DNA from: Chrysemys picta bellii
Taxonomy: Eukaryota
DNA length: 64,000 bases
Assembly (NCBI RefSeq): GCF_011386835.1
Contig: NC_088804.1
Location: 43,400,001-43,464,000, forward strand
Direction of reading: 5' to 3'
The position numbers and the translations under genes were made by a program. Shown one piece after another: positions 14,798 to 27,420 of this stretch. How positions within the stretch are numbered: position 1 is the first letter of the stretch; the number at the start of each line of letters is the position of its first letter. The notes under the pieces are model-generated. The model did not search any database. It had not been told where the DNA came from and was given only the letters and a program-made list of their open reading frames with translations.

Positions 14798-15110
14798 GGG
14801 TGGCTTTCTGGTTAAGTTACTGGACTGAGAATTGGGAGACTTAGATTTGGTTCCTGGCTCTCCCACAGATTACCTGTGTGTTCATGAACAAATCACTTAA
14901 TCTATCTGTGCTTCAGTTCCCCATCTGTAAAATGGTGACATTCTTTTCTTTCTCCCATCTTTTGTTTTGTTAGTTTTGATTGTATGCTCTTCAGGACGGG
15001 GTCTGCCTCTTACTATGCACGTGCACAGTGCCCATATTGGTCATGGCCTCTAGGTCCAACTTGAGTACAGATAATAATGGGTGAAATATATAAAAGCACT
15101 TGCGTGATTT
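14798..15110 (+). mobile_element. Degenerate MIR/CORE-SINE-like element with L2-type tail
   Basis: Core ...cacttaatctatctgtgcttcagttccccatctgtaaaatgg... followed by ...ttgtatgctcttcaggacgggg...cagtgcc tail. Confidence 0.6.
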
Positions 15111-16359
15111 AGGAGCACAAGGCCCACTCAGTTGCTTTTGAAAATTCCACTTTATAATAATAATTAATAGTGCCTCAGAGTGGGCACAGAAAATCCTTGG
15201 AAACAATCTGGATCTAGGTGAAAGGCATCTAGGAGTTAGCTAGTTTCCAGAGGGGTTAGTCTATGCAGTGAGGGATCTGAACAAAGACTGTATGGTCATC
15301 TAGTGCAAAACTTTTGATATACCCTAAAAATGTCAGAGATTTTTATTACATCACATACGTTGCACAAAGCATCACAAACAGTGCTGTGATGTCAAGGAGC
15401 AAGCCCTGAAATATGAGAGCAACATACCTCCTACTATTTTTGTCCTTTCCACTAGAGATTCTGACATACATGGCTTACAAAAATCACAGGCTGGAGATTG
15501 CAGAGGGGGACACCAATGTCGTTTGCTGCTAGTGATTATTTTTCTGGGTGTTGTTAACTTGTTACTCAGCAGTGGTTGGAGGGAGTTGAAAAGAGGCTTT
15601 AGCTGGAAATTAAGAGGGAAAATGCTGGGAGGAGATTTCAGAAACAGAACATAATGAACTATAAAAGGATCTGATGTTTCAATGACAATTTCTTTTTCTT
15701 TTTCTTCAGTGCACAATGTTGGATTGAGCATTTTTCCAGTTAATTCTCCAGCCTTTTGAAACATGAGCTTTTAGCTAGAGTTTAACTTTCCTTTCCCAGT
15801 AGATGGCATTGTAGTCTGTCCAGTAGATGGTAAGAAGCTCTTCTAACCTGTAGGACATACTGATTCATTTTTGTTCTGAGGTTTTTCTTTCTCCTCCTCC
15901 TCCCCCCATTAAATACCATCTGAGTGGTCATAAAGAAGAATCCTGCTTTTTGTGGTTACCTGTAACTCTGAAAAGAGTTGATTTCTTTTAAATATTGTTC
16001 ACTAACTAATCTAAAGTCAGTGTTCCAAACAGGAAAAATATAGAAGTAGTAATGACATGCAGCTTAAATAAATGTATGGACATTTTAAAAATATAAAATT
16101 CCATAAAATAAAAGCTACCTCTACCTTTAGTACCTTACTAAATACACTTTGGGCCATCAATCCCAATCCCTGTGGAATTTCTCTGTGTCTCTGTACAGAG
16201 CTTTTCTGTTTTATTTCAGTTTTGCTCACAAAATATGTTGTCCATGACAGTAACTCTTAAAGCTTCTAATTAATTTGTGTTTAGTAATCATCCTGAAGGA
16301 AAATGTACACTAGATTTAAACCAAAGGGAAAAAGAGTATGTTCGAAATTTTTAATATGC

Positions 16360-16360
16360 C

Positions 16361-16398
<38 letters not shown>
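16360..16398. repeat. (TG)n(AG)n compound microsatellite
   Basis: tgtgtgtgtgtgtgagagagagagagagagagagagaga. Confidence 0.9.
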
Positions 16399-16399
<1 letters not shown>

Positions 16400-17235
16400 A
16401 TTTTACTTTGTTAAGGAATGGGAGAACCCCTGTGAAACCTTTCACCCCACCCCAGATTTTATTTGGAAGATGCACAAAACATTCAGTGGATTTCTGATGG
16501 GGGTATATGTTCTCGGATTTGTATTTCTGCTTCTTATATTTGTGTTTGATTTTCATGGACTTTTTTTAATACCTAAGGGAGCCATTAATGCAGCCGTAAT
16601 AACAAGAGATCTGCTGGTCTCATGGTATTTCAGTTCCTGGCTGCTGGAAATATCTTGAGAACACCAGATCTCACGTTATTTTGGCCCCATAAGTAATTCT
16701 CTCAGGAATAAAAAAATCCTTATGAAATATATACGCAAATACTGAGATATTTGAGTTCCTGTGGAACTCGAATGCATAGCCCTGTTTTCTATCAGAGATA
16801 TCAGTTAGCACCTTTTCTTACCTTCAAGCTTATACAATCCCATCATTCAATGAAATTACTATTGCTTTTCCCCCAAAAACTGTTGTTAGAATATTGGGCT
16901 ACTAGGAAACTTTTGTGAAGCAGAAGAAAATTCTAGTTCTCCTCTATATTTATATATAAGTAAAAGTTTATCCTGATAACCTGTTATTTAGAAATAAAAT
17001 TGTTATATACAAATTTTAAAAAATATATCAAAGCTGGTTGTGGTTGTCTTCACTATAACCATCAATTTGATCGTTAGTTGTTGTTAATTATTAATTGAGT
17101 AAATGGTTTCTTTAGCTCTTAACTAAAACAAGATAACCTCCCAGTATCTGGATTAAGTTTTCCTCGGTATCAACTGGCTTAAAAATACCAAACTTGATTC
17201 CTTTTGAATTAACTGAGCCTTATTTTATTTTTTTC

Positions 17236-17367
17236 NNNNNNNNNNNNNNNNNNNNNNNNNNNNNNNNNNNNNNNNNNNNNNNNNNNNNNNNNNNNNNNNN
17301 NNNNNNNNNNNNNNNNNNNNNNNNNNNNNNNNNNNNNNNNNNNNNNNNNNNNNNNNNNNNNNNNNNN
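17236..17367. other. N block (132 bp)
   Basis: Run of N, preceded by ttattttatttttttc. Confidence 0.95.
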
Positions 17368-20192
17368 AATCTAATGGGTGTCTGGTCTGATTGTCCTCAC
17401 TCGTGGCAGGAAAGACAAAAACTGATGAATTGTGAAATGTATTCAGAGGGATTCAAGAAAAGCAAGTGTCTAGGACCCCCCTCCTCACCAACACCTCCTC
17501 GTTTTCATCTTGTTATGCTTGATGCGCCATACATGCTTGCCCTGACACTTGGGTTTGTAGAAATTTAAGATTAACAGTTTTTACATTCACCCTGCTGATC
17601 CCCCCCCCTTTTAAAGTCATCATTAAAAATAAAGTTAGCAGGGCTTATATTTAGCACTGTTTCCCATTCAGATTGCTGACATTTCAGCACCTTCAAATTG
17701 GTTTCAAACATTTAAAATGTTTCGATTGCAAACAGACAATTCTGTTTGTTTCTATATTTCTTTGTCCAGCTGTGGATTTTGTGCCTATTAGAGAGAAATC
17801 ATTAAGCAGGCCTCATATGTAATAAAGAAAAAAACGAATACTGGGTAACTTATCAGGGGATTGTATTAGTAATGAGTAAAAGTACAGTAAATAGCAATAC
17901 TGACTTTCTCTTTTCCTTCATCAGGCAGTTTATCGATTGACTTACTAAAAATTATATGAACTATTTTTAAACAAAAATATCTGATTGTTTTCAGTTTTGA
18001 AAAGATTTGCTTCCTGAAATAAACAGGTAGAAATGTGATTATTAGTACAATAGAGAGGACAAAGTAACAGTCTGCTTTGGCAAAACAAATATTAAACTAA
18101 ATATTTCTGGGTGTGTAATATATATATGTTTATATGTGTACATTATATATGTACACAAATGCACACTGCATGTGTGTGTCATGTTTGTGTGTGCATATAT
18201 AATGTATACAAATATAAAGAGTGTTGAGAGAGAAAATGTAACTTAGATGTGTTTCCAGAGGTTTTGTTTTGGGCTAGATCAATCTTAGCACAGTATATTT
18301 TTTCCTGACTGCCTACAAATTCAGGCTCAGCAGCAGGAACTCATTTCAGAAACATAAAACTGATTTGATAAGCAGCTGCAGTATTCAGTTCCTTTTTACT
18401 AACGGGTGGACAACCCCAGGATTTTGAGTGCACAGCTCAGTACTGTTTCTGTTTCAAATTTCGGATGTTGTTGCTCAGCCTTTTATGAAACATGCAAAAA
18501 ATAAATGAAAATAACTGAAACAATACTAGAATATTATAAACATTTGGGAACATTTTTTAGGAATTTAGATCTGTAAGTATGTTTGCACACTATGCATACA
18601 TGTATGTGTATTTGGAAGAGAAATCTCTGAAGATATATTTCTGTAAAATAAAAAAATATATATCTATATTTAAAATTAAACCCAAACTATATTGTGGCAT
18701 AATTTTCTCTAAATATTGGATTTTATACTGCTCAATTCACGTTTTGAATTTTTATTACATGATTAAGAAGTGTTGTTCAAAATAGCGTGTTGTGTGTTTC
18801 CATACACCCCTATGTGCTTCTGTATGTTATTTTATATAAACACGCGCGGGCGTGTGTGGTGTGTGAGAAATGTATTAGAAAATTAGGTAGTTTTCTTAAT
18901 AATTTAACTTAAAAAAAGTAAAATTAAAAACAGTTGAGGAACCGGTAATACGCTTTCCTGATTTTATTATGATCAGATATAATCCTGGAGAAATATTTTC
19001 AAAATTATTACTGAATTTCATTGCATGTTTCAGACATGTATTTGGTAAAATATAAAATGTTTTTAAAAACTTGTACATAATTTTAGTTCATAAATCTAAT
19101 AAACTGGAAAGGTGCAGTTCTTTTTAATTTAAAAAAAATGGTATGCTGTGTTTGAAAAGAAATGATGTAAACAGGATAAACTGTAATTTCTTCACGGTTT
19201 ATAAGATTTATAACAATAATCAGCAAAACGTTGTAACATTGTTTGCACCTTGTGTGCCCTTAAGCCATTGGATCATTCAGTTAATTGTATAAATTCCATA
19301 TATGATGGGAAATCATGATGTATCGTTTAGATTCAGCTTGTCAGGTGTATAAATATTAAAATATATTAGCAAAAAATGGCTGATTATCCCTCAAACATTT
19401 TGTGATCAATCTTATCTTTTTATGGGTTTGGTGGGAGGGGGCACAAGACTAAATATTTTATGTTATTTGAAAATATTCTTTGAACAACCTAGATTTATTA
19501 TTAACATTTTAAACATTTATAACTGCCTTAAAAATTCTGAAGCTTGGTCCACTTTACAGTCCTGTACCAAGGTAAAGTTATTTTTGTATGCAAAATACAC
19601 AGTTGATAGAGATTATACCATTTATCCAGCATAGTATGTACAATTTATACACATTTCATCTTTATTTCTATTTATAAAATATAGGCGATGTGCACAAACG
19701 TAATCATAGGCATACAAGACCTTGATGCAATAATATTGAATGTTAATTTATGTGTAAGCATGCTTTATATTATTCATGTATACACTTTGGTTTGTTTAGT
19801 TATGTACACAGACATTCAGTGTATATGTATTTGCATATATCTGTACACCCCGTAATTCTACTGAAAATGTATTTTTAATTGTATATGTGCATGTCTCTTT
19901 CTCTGTGTAAATATATTCCACATAGCATACTGCACGCTATTCTATATAGCATGAATGTAAAGACTGCATAAGGGAATGTGAAGAGAACACAGTGATACAC
20001 ATTTGTTGATACAAATATATCTGTTTAATGAATAAATAAATATAGAGTTGGACTGTGTCGCAAATGTACTTGGCAACTAGCCGTATCCAGTGAGTGTGCA
20101 CAGTACGTTTAGAAGGGAGAGGAAATGTCAGAACAGGGTCTTGTAAATACATGCGGCTGGAAAGAATAAAATAAAAAATGATGACTAGCACT

Positions 20193-20362
20193 NNNNNNNN
20201 NNNNNNNNNNNNNNNNNNNNNNNNNNNNNNNNNNNNNNNNNNNNNNNNNNNNNNNNNNNNNNNNNNNNNNNNNNNNNNNNNNNNNNNNNNNNNNNNNNNN
20301 NNNNNNNNNNNNNNNNNNNNNNNNNNNNNNNNNNNNNNNNNNNNNNNNNNNNNNNNNNNNNN
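20193..20362. other. N block (170 bp)
   Basis: Run of N. Confidence 0.95.
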
Positions 20363-22321
20363 AATTTTTACTGTTTGAAGTATTTTTCTAAATGTACATA
20401 TAATATATGGGTGGAATATATTCTCGTATATAATATGCAAACAATCTCTCACATATATATACATACAAAATACTTTATATATAGGCATGTGAAACTCTAT
20501 ATTTGTGTGTGTGTATGTGTGTATGCACACACATGTATACAGTACACAAACATGAGTCTAATTCAGAGAGTCTAAGGGAGGAAAAGGCTAACTAGTTGAA
20601 ATAGCAACACCTTTGTTTCTTTTTTGCCCCTGACTGTTGTGTCTGAAAACGCTTGAAGCATGTGGTGCTGCATATTTGGTGGGTTTGCAGATTTCTGTAT
20701 GATTTTTATCTGAAGGTCAGGGCTGTGGAAATACATCAGGTTGCGATTTGGGATGTTTGCCGTTCGCCATTTAGCCTCACTCCTCCTTATCAGATCGCTT
20801 TGTAACATGGGCCTAATAAAACTGGGAGCTGTTAGATGGAGAAGAAATAAATATTGTTCTATTTTTATGCAATTTCTTTAGCTTTACAGTGCATACCGTT
20901 GTAATGCATTTGTTTAACTTTATCCATTTGTTATAGATTTGTTGACCTCTGGCATTATGTTTAATGGTGGTTATTTATAATTTCATTGGAAATTTGCATA
21001 TAGGCAATAAAAAATTTAAAAAAGTCTTTACATTTCTTTCAGATTTTTAGAAAAGGTTTGCTGCTAGGAAGGCAATGTTAGAAAGAAAGCCACTGCGAAT
21101 CACTTCTGCATGTATGCTCTAGCTCAGTTTAAAAACACAAATCTCTTTTTATGATAGTTTTCTTCTACATAGATTTATTACGTGAAAATTTAAAAGCTTG
21201 CTCATAGTTGTCCATTGGCCCTATTTTCCCTCTTTACCCATGTGTAAGGTTGGCTTAATTTGTCTGCAACACCCTGTACTAAACAATACAATTAAACAAG
21301 ATGTGGCTAACATATCACTGCATTAGTATTGTTTATGGAAGCCCCAGATGGTGAGAGAGGGCTTTTTTTTTATATTGTGAATGACAGAGATTAAAGTCAT
21401 TAAAGCTAACTGTCCAATTTCCATCACTTTATCATCCGGTATTCAGTCTGTATGTATGTAAGAGAAAAGGGTAATTTTCTGTCCATGAGAACTGGGGAAA
21501 GAGCTTCACTTTCTGCTTATACCTTGAAGGGTTGGAAGAAAGGAGTCACTGGTAAATGAATAGCTTTAGGGCTGCACAGTTTGTCACGTTGACCAGGGCT
21601 ATTCAGAGAGGGGTGCACAGCACACATAACCTACATCTCTTTATGCCTGTTGACTTATTTGTAAATGATGGTTTTAATTTTAAAACATTCAAAATATCAT
21701 CAGTCTACGATTAAAAATTAAGGGAGTGAGTTAGTTTGTCAGCCAGCTAAAGACGAGTGCAGTTCAGCATCTTTGTTTAGACAACTGGTACCTATGGAAC
21801 AGTTTAAGGAGATACAATGGCTTTGCAGGAATTCCAGTGCACATGGTATGTCTTGTCAATGTGGATGCTGACAGAATGGCTCAGACCGGGATTCTTTGAG
21901 GAAACCAAATCTTAACATTTTTTGGAGTGTACATACACAGATAGTTCAGGTAGTTTTGAAATTGTTTGTTGCTTCCAGGCAGTTATTAACCGTTCCATTT
22001 GCACAAAGCCGTCCCAGCTGTGGTCTCAGCACAAAATGCTTTGCTTATTACTGCCTCATGGCAAAAGCCTGTCCAACACAAGGAGTTTATTTTTTCCTTG
22101 AATTGGGGAAGAGGGGAAGAAAGCTCACCACAATCTTTACGAAAACAAGCTTTGGTTGTTTTAATCTTTGTTAAAGATAAACATTTGCTTTCCATGTTGA
22201 TATTTTTGTATTTTATTATTTTGTTACTAATTTATCTAACCATTAGCAAATGAAGGTAGATTACTGCTTGGATGCATTAAAAGCAGCACCAAGGAGTTGC
22301 GGTCCTTGTGGCTATTTCGGG

Positions 22322-22546
22322 NNNNNNNNNNNNNNNNNNNNNNNNNNNNNNNNNNNNNNNNNNNNNNNNNNNNNNNNNNNNNNNNNNNNNNNNNNNNNNN
22401 NNNNNNNNNNNNNNNNNNNNNNNNNNNNNNNNNNNNNNNNNNNNNNNNNNNNNNNNNNNNNNNNNNNNNNNNNNNNNNNNNNNNNNNNNNNNNNNNNNNN
22501 NNNNNNNNNNNNNNNNNNNNNNNNNNNNNNNNNNNNNNNNNNNNNN
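22322..22546. other. N block (225 bp)
   Basis: Run of N. Confidence 0.95.
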
Positions 22547-24953
22547 TGGGGATGACAGCTTTTCAGATCTTAATAGGCTGTTCATTTCTGGCCTACGAGT
22601 TTTCAGCATTTCTTCTTTTCAAGCCAGGCTGTGACATGATGGCTAAAAACTGACATAAAGAAGTGCCATGTACTGTGAAAACCTTTATTCACTAAGTGGC
22701 TCCATGTAAATTGGTGTCAATAAGCAAACAATTAGAACTTCAAAATTGTTGGTTTAACCCCCCCCTTTTTTTAATCATTTGACCTAAATTTCTTTTTACT
22801 ACTTTGGATCTGCAATCCACTGGGGAATATAAACACAGACAGAGTGTTAGCAAGTTAGAGGAGATCAGATCTTTATTATAAATAGGTGGAAGAATGATTT
22901 AGTCAAAGAGAGTTTGTTGTTAGAAGCTTGGGTTTCTTTCCTCAAACTGAATTTTACACTAAGCTAAACTCTGGTGAAAGGAGAAGGAAGATGCTGGTTT
23001 TCGCTCGCTCTCTTTTCTTCCCCAAATAGCACTGTCCAGGGTTTCAGAAACCTACCGTGAACGCAGCAATGATAGCTCACTGATCCTGTGAGCTTCGCCG
23101 ACTTTGAGAGGGGTGGTATTGCTGTCCACTAGGAGCCATAAGAAGCTCAGGAAACTCCTCTGGCGTTCAACCCTTCTCTCTCAAGCTTTGTGTGCTGTAG
23201 TGTCTTGCAATATGATGCCTGAAGATTGTTTGGCTGGAATTATTTGCACAAAATAGACATTTTGTGTCATTAGTAGTTAAGAAATATATTAATATCTAAT
23301 GCTTTGCATGTTCCTCGGCTGCATGGAAGAACTCGCAGAAGAGCTTTTTGTGCCTTTGTTTTAATTTAGTATTTCTCCTTTTCTTTTCATAACTTCCCTC
23401 CTTCTTCTCTTTTGTTCCTCTTTATGCATCTTGCCTTTATCTGAACAAGCAAATGAATAGCCTGCTCTGATGGCTCCAAGGGGTGGCTGCAGGCAGTGCT
23501 TTGTAAATGGTGTAGCTCTTAGTCTCCTTGAGACCAAATGTGTCACTTTCACAACTTGCTCAATGCCCGCTGGTCTAGAGGGAAGATACTTTGGAGTCTC
23601 CTGCATTAAGAAGTTAATCCTGCACTTGGTCTTAGTGGGCTGTCGGGGTGGAGGGAGGGGAGTAACACACTGCAGCCTTTCACACTAGGTGTGGTTTGTG
23701 TCTCAGGTATAGTAGTGAGTCTTTAAAAACTTGCCAGTTGCTTAAGCTAATGAAATGATGTTACCTTAGTATTTCCAGTATTCTAGGCATTTTTTCTATT
23801 CTGCAATATGAAGGAGAGTATTGGTAAGACTGCAGAAATGGAGGATACCATATCTATTTCTCTAAGGCAGAATAGGGGAGTGTTTAAGGGTGGCCACTCT
23901 TGTCCTAGGCACAAAAGCCAACCTGCACTCAGTGGAGATTTGTACAGAGTGCATTTCTTCCCCCCGTGTGCAGGGATAAGTGAAAGCACAGAGGCACCAT
24001 AGGTCTGTGCCTAGGGCCCCTGCTCCAGGAATCATGTGATTACATCAGAATCTTAGCTTTTATTTAAAAATAAAGTTTCTAGCTCTCAGAAGTGTGAAAA
24101 AAGCTTGACGAGATGACCCATGTAACTGATGTAGGGATATCTGCCTGAGACAGTAGCTGTCAATGTGTGTGAACTTTCCCATATCAATAGGGCGTTAGCT
24201 CCATGATTCATTCCTCTTGGTGGTCCCACCAACACCTAGCAGAGAACTCTCTGTGACAGAAGGAGAAGAGTGTAGCAGGCCTGAGCCATCCATCCTAGCT
24301 TCCCTGATGCTGCCCCTTCACCTCTGGGAGGGAGGCTTCCCTGCCATTCTAAATTGGGCAATCGGGCACATTGCTGTGGTGGGGATACCAGTGTGGAGTC
24401 CTGGGACCCCGGGTCATGGGATGCCTAGGGCCTTGGAGCGTCTTAATCCATCCGTGTCAAACTCCAAATTTCACCATGGCAAAAAGGAATGAAAAGGGCA
24501 TGGTGTGGGAGGAGAGTAGGTGTAAGTGTGACTTATTCCTGATCTCACAGCCAAAGCTCTGTTGTGTCGAAGCCATGGCATTACGTTCGTTTTTTCTGCA
24601 CCTGCACAGGAGGAACTGTAAATATACAGCTCAGAGAAGAGGTGGGTGAGACGGGAGAAGAACTGTCACTTACTTAGGTTAACTTAATGGACCACATGCC
24701 AGTGAAGGTTAGATGTAGTGGAGCTCTGCTCCTCCATGCCTCATCCCCACCTCCAACATGTTCCTCCCGTCCCCGACATGCCCCTGGGCAGCTGTCTCCA
24801 GATCTGGCCGTATCAGCTTTACCCCAGCAGGGAGTATCCCTGCACCCTATGGATTCCCTGCTGGCCATTTATGGCCAAATTCTGGCCAGTGTGCAAGAGG
24901 CAGCATCTCATTGGAGAATTTGATCCGCAGTCCGTGCCCCAAAGGCTTTACAA

Positions 24954-25365
24954 CAGTGGTTCACCACCAGGGTACATGTTTCCCTGGGAGTACACAGATC
25001 TCTTCCAGTGGGTACATTAGCTCATCTGGATATTTGCCTAGTTTTACAGCAGGCAACATAAAAAGCACTAGCCAAGTCAGTACAAACTAAAATTTCATAC
25101 AGACAATGGCTTGTTTATACTGCTCTGTATACTATACACTGAAATGTAAGTGTGATATTTATATTCCACTCGATTTATTTTGTAATTATTTGGTAAAAAT
25201 GAGAAAGTCAGAAATTTGTAAGTACTAGTGAGCTGTGACACTTCTGTATTTCTATGTCTGATTTTGTAAGCAGGTAGTTTTTAAGTGAGGTGAAACTTGG
25301 GGGTACGCAAGACAAGTCAGACTCCTGAAAGGGGGACAGTTGTGTGGAAAGGTTGAGAGCTACTG
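24954..25365. mobile_element. Non-autonomous hAT (Charlie-like) DNA transposon/MITE
   Basis: Imperfect TIRs CAGTGGTTCACCACC / GGTTGAGAGCTACTG; degenerate 8-bp TSD ctttacaa / ctttatag. Confidence 0.65.
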
Positions 25366-26109
25366 CTTTATAGTCTATGTACACATATAGTCTATAATAA
25401 AAATCCTTTGTTCCCACTGTCCTGAAAATCCGAGTTCTCCTTTCTAAGGCTAGCTTTTTGATTAGGATACCAGTAGCTCTTACAGCATCGTAGTACGCAT
25501 ATAGTTCTTGGAGTTGGAATATCTTTGGCACTGGTGAATCCTGCAAAATGGAACTTTTTTGTTTCTGGACACAAATATTTTGATATTTTAAAAAGACAAT
25601 ACTTTAATGATGGCTGATGAAAACCAAAGATAAAACTCAGCATGCTATGTAGTCACAGTGGTGGGGACTGGCCTGTAAATTTATTTTTAGATGAAACAAA
25701 AATTGTATCAGCTCAGCATTAATTTTTGTACCTTAGTATGAAAAACAACTAATTGCAGCAAAAGTTCGCAAGCAAAAGCTGTCGCATGAAAAGTAAGGTC
25801 AGTTGGTTATGCGTATACCATGAAATAAGTTCTTCTACTCAAGTGCACTTACAAAGGTTGTACAATGTGCCTGCCCCCAAGTAATCTTACTGAAAGGTGA
25901 TATAATATTAATAACCAGAGAGAGACTACAAGATAGATTACTTGAGAGGCATCTACTGTATATGGTCAAGTATAGTAAGACCATGCTTATTTATAAAAGG
26001 TAAAATTTTATGCCAAGGATATTGTATGAAGAGGATTGTAAAAATGAGAGTAACATATATATTCTAAAGGTAAAACTAAGGATGGATATGAATCATATTG
26101 ATGCTTATG

Positions 26110-26293
26110 GGGGGAGGGATAGCTCAGTGGTTTGAGCATTGGCCTGCTAAACCCAGGGTTGTGAGTTCAATCCTTGAGGGAGCTACTTAGGGATCTGGGG
26201 CAAAATCAGTACTTGGTCCTGCTGGTGAAGGCAGGGGGCTGGACTCTATGACCTTTCAGGGGCCCTTCCAGTTCTAGGAGATAGGATATCTCC
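26110..26293 (+). mobile_element. tRNA-derived SINE with CR1-type 3' tail (tortoise polIII/SINE-like)
   Basis: A box TAGCTCAGTGG (26120-26130), B box GAGTTCAATCC (26163-26173); tail ggtcctgc...gggctggactctatgacctttcaggggcccttccag resembles the CR1 3' end at 26990-27050. Confidence 0.85.
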
Positions 26294-26299
26294 ATATAT

Positions 26300-26496
26300 T
26301 ATTATATTATGATGACAGTAACACTTCACATGTGCCTAGCATCTATCACCAGAGGATTTCATAGTACTTTACAAACATTAATTAATTAATCCTCATAACG
26401 TCTTTGTATTTCAGTTTATTATTCCTATTTTGCAAATGGGGAAACAGAGGCATAGAGCTGCAGTGATTTGCCCTGGTCCCAGAGGAAGTCCATGCC
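26300..26496 (-). mobile_element. MIR-like SINE fragment, interrupted by CR1 (continues at ~27071-27095)
   Basis: cctattttgcaaatggggaaacagaggca...atttgccc, resuming after the CR1 as caagagtcaggaatagaacccag. Confidence 0.55.
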
Positions 26497-27070
26497 AGCA
26501 GATCGAGGGACATGATCATTCCCCTCCATTCAGCATTGGTGAGGCCTCATCTGGAGTACTGTGTCCAGTTTTGGGCCCCACACTACAAAAAGGATGTGGT
26601 AAAATTGGAAAGAGTCCAGCGGAGGGCAACAAAAATGATTAGGGGGCGGGAGCACATGACTTATGAGGAGAGGCTGAGGGAATTGGGATTGTTTAGTCTG
26701 CAGAAGAGAAGAATGAGGGGGGATTTGATAGCTGCTTTCAACTACCTTTCAACCTGAAAGGGGGTTCCAAAGAGGATGGAACTAGACTGTTCTCAGTGGT
26801 GGCAGATGACAGAACAAGCAGTAATAGTCTCAAGTGGGGGAGATTTAGGTTGGATATTAGGAAAAACTTTTTCGCTAGGAGGGTGGTGAAGCACTGGAAT
26901 GAGTTCCCTAGGGAGGTGGTGGAATCTCCTTCCTTAGAGGTTTTTAAGGTCAGGCTTGACAAACCCCTGGCTGGTATGATTTAGTTGGGGATTGGTCCTG
27001 CTTTGAGCAGGGGCTTGGACTAGATGACCTCCTGAGGTCCCTTCCAACCCTGATATTCTATGATTCTATG
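26497..27070 (+). mobile_element. 5'-truncated CR1 LINE (ORF2 C-terminus plus 3' UTR)
   Basis: Encodes [44 protein letters not shown] and [21 protein letters not shown]; ends in tattctatgattctatg. Confidence 0.92.
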
Positions 27071-27139
27071 CAAGAGTCAGGAATAGAACCCAGATAATTT
27101 TGAGGATTTAGGGCTCAACCTGCAGATTTTGCTGATGGA

Positions 27140-27420
27140 GGGTCCTGTGGTTAAGGGACTAGCCTGCAGTCAGATGAACTGGGTCACAGCCTTCCTGCAT
27201 GTCCTTGAGCAAGTTTTTACATTTCTCTCTGCCTTGACTCCTTCTACGTAACATGGGGGTAATAGAACTTCCCTTCTCCAACCCTTTGTCTGTCTTGCTA
27301 TTTAGGTTGTGAGCTCTGAGGCAGGGACTAAGAGCTCTCTCATACTATGTGCATGCACAGTGTGTGGCACAAAGGGGCCCTGATCTCGGTTAGTAGCCTC
27401 TGGGAGTGTCTCTAATATAA
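27140..27420 (+). mobile_element. Degenerate MIR-like SINE with L2-type tail
   Basis: gtggttaagggactag...cttgagcaag...ctctctgccttg...aacatgggggtaatag followed by tttaggttgtgagctctgaggcagggac. Confidence 0.5.

Noticed and set aside
20380-20560. TA/CA/TG-rich stretch
   Set aside because: Ordinary degenerate dinucleotide low-complexity sequence.
12-24900. Many 60-130 aa ORFs in the ORF track
   Set aside because: No domain motifs, often alternative starts, low complexity or spanning N blocks. This is the expected background for AT-rich vertebrate non-coding DNA.
26110-26185. tRNA gene
   Set aside because: It has A and B boxes but continues into a CR1-like tail with no proper acceptor stem or T-run terminator; it is a SINE head.
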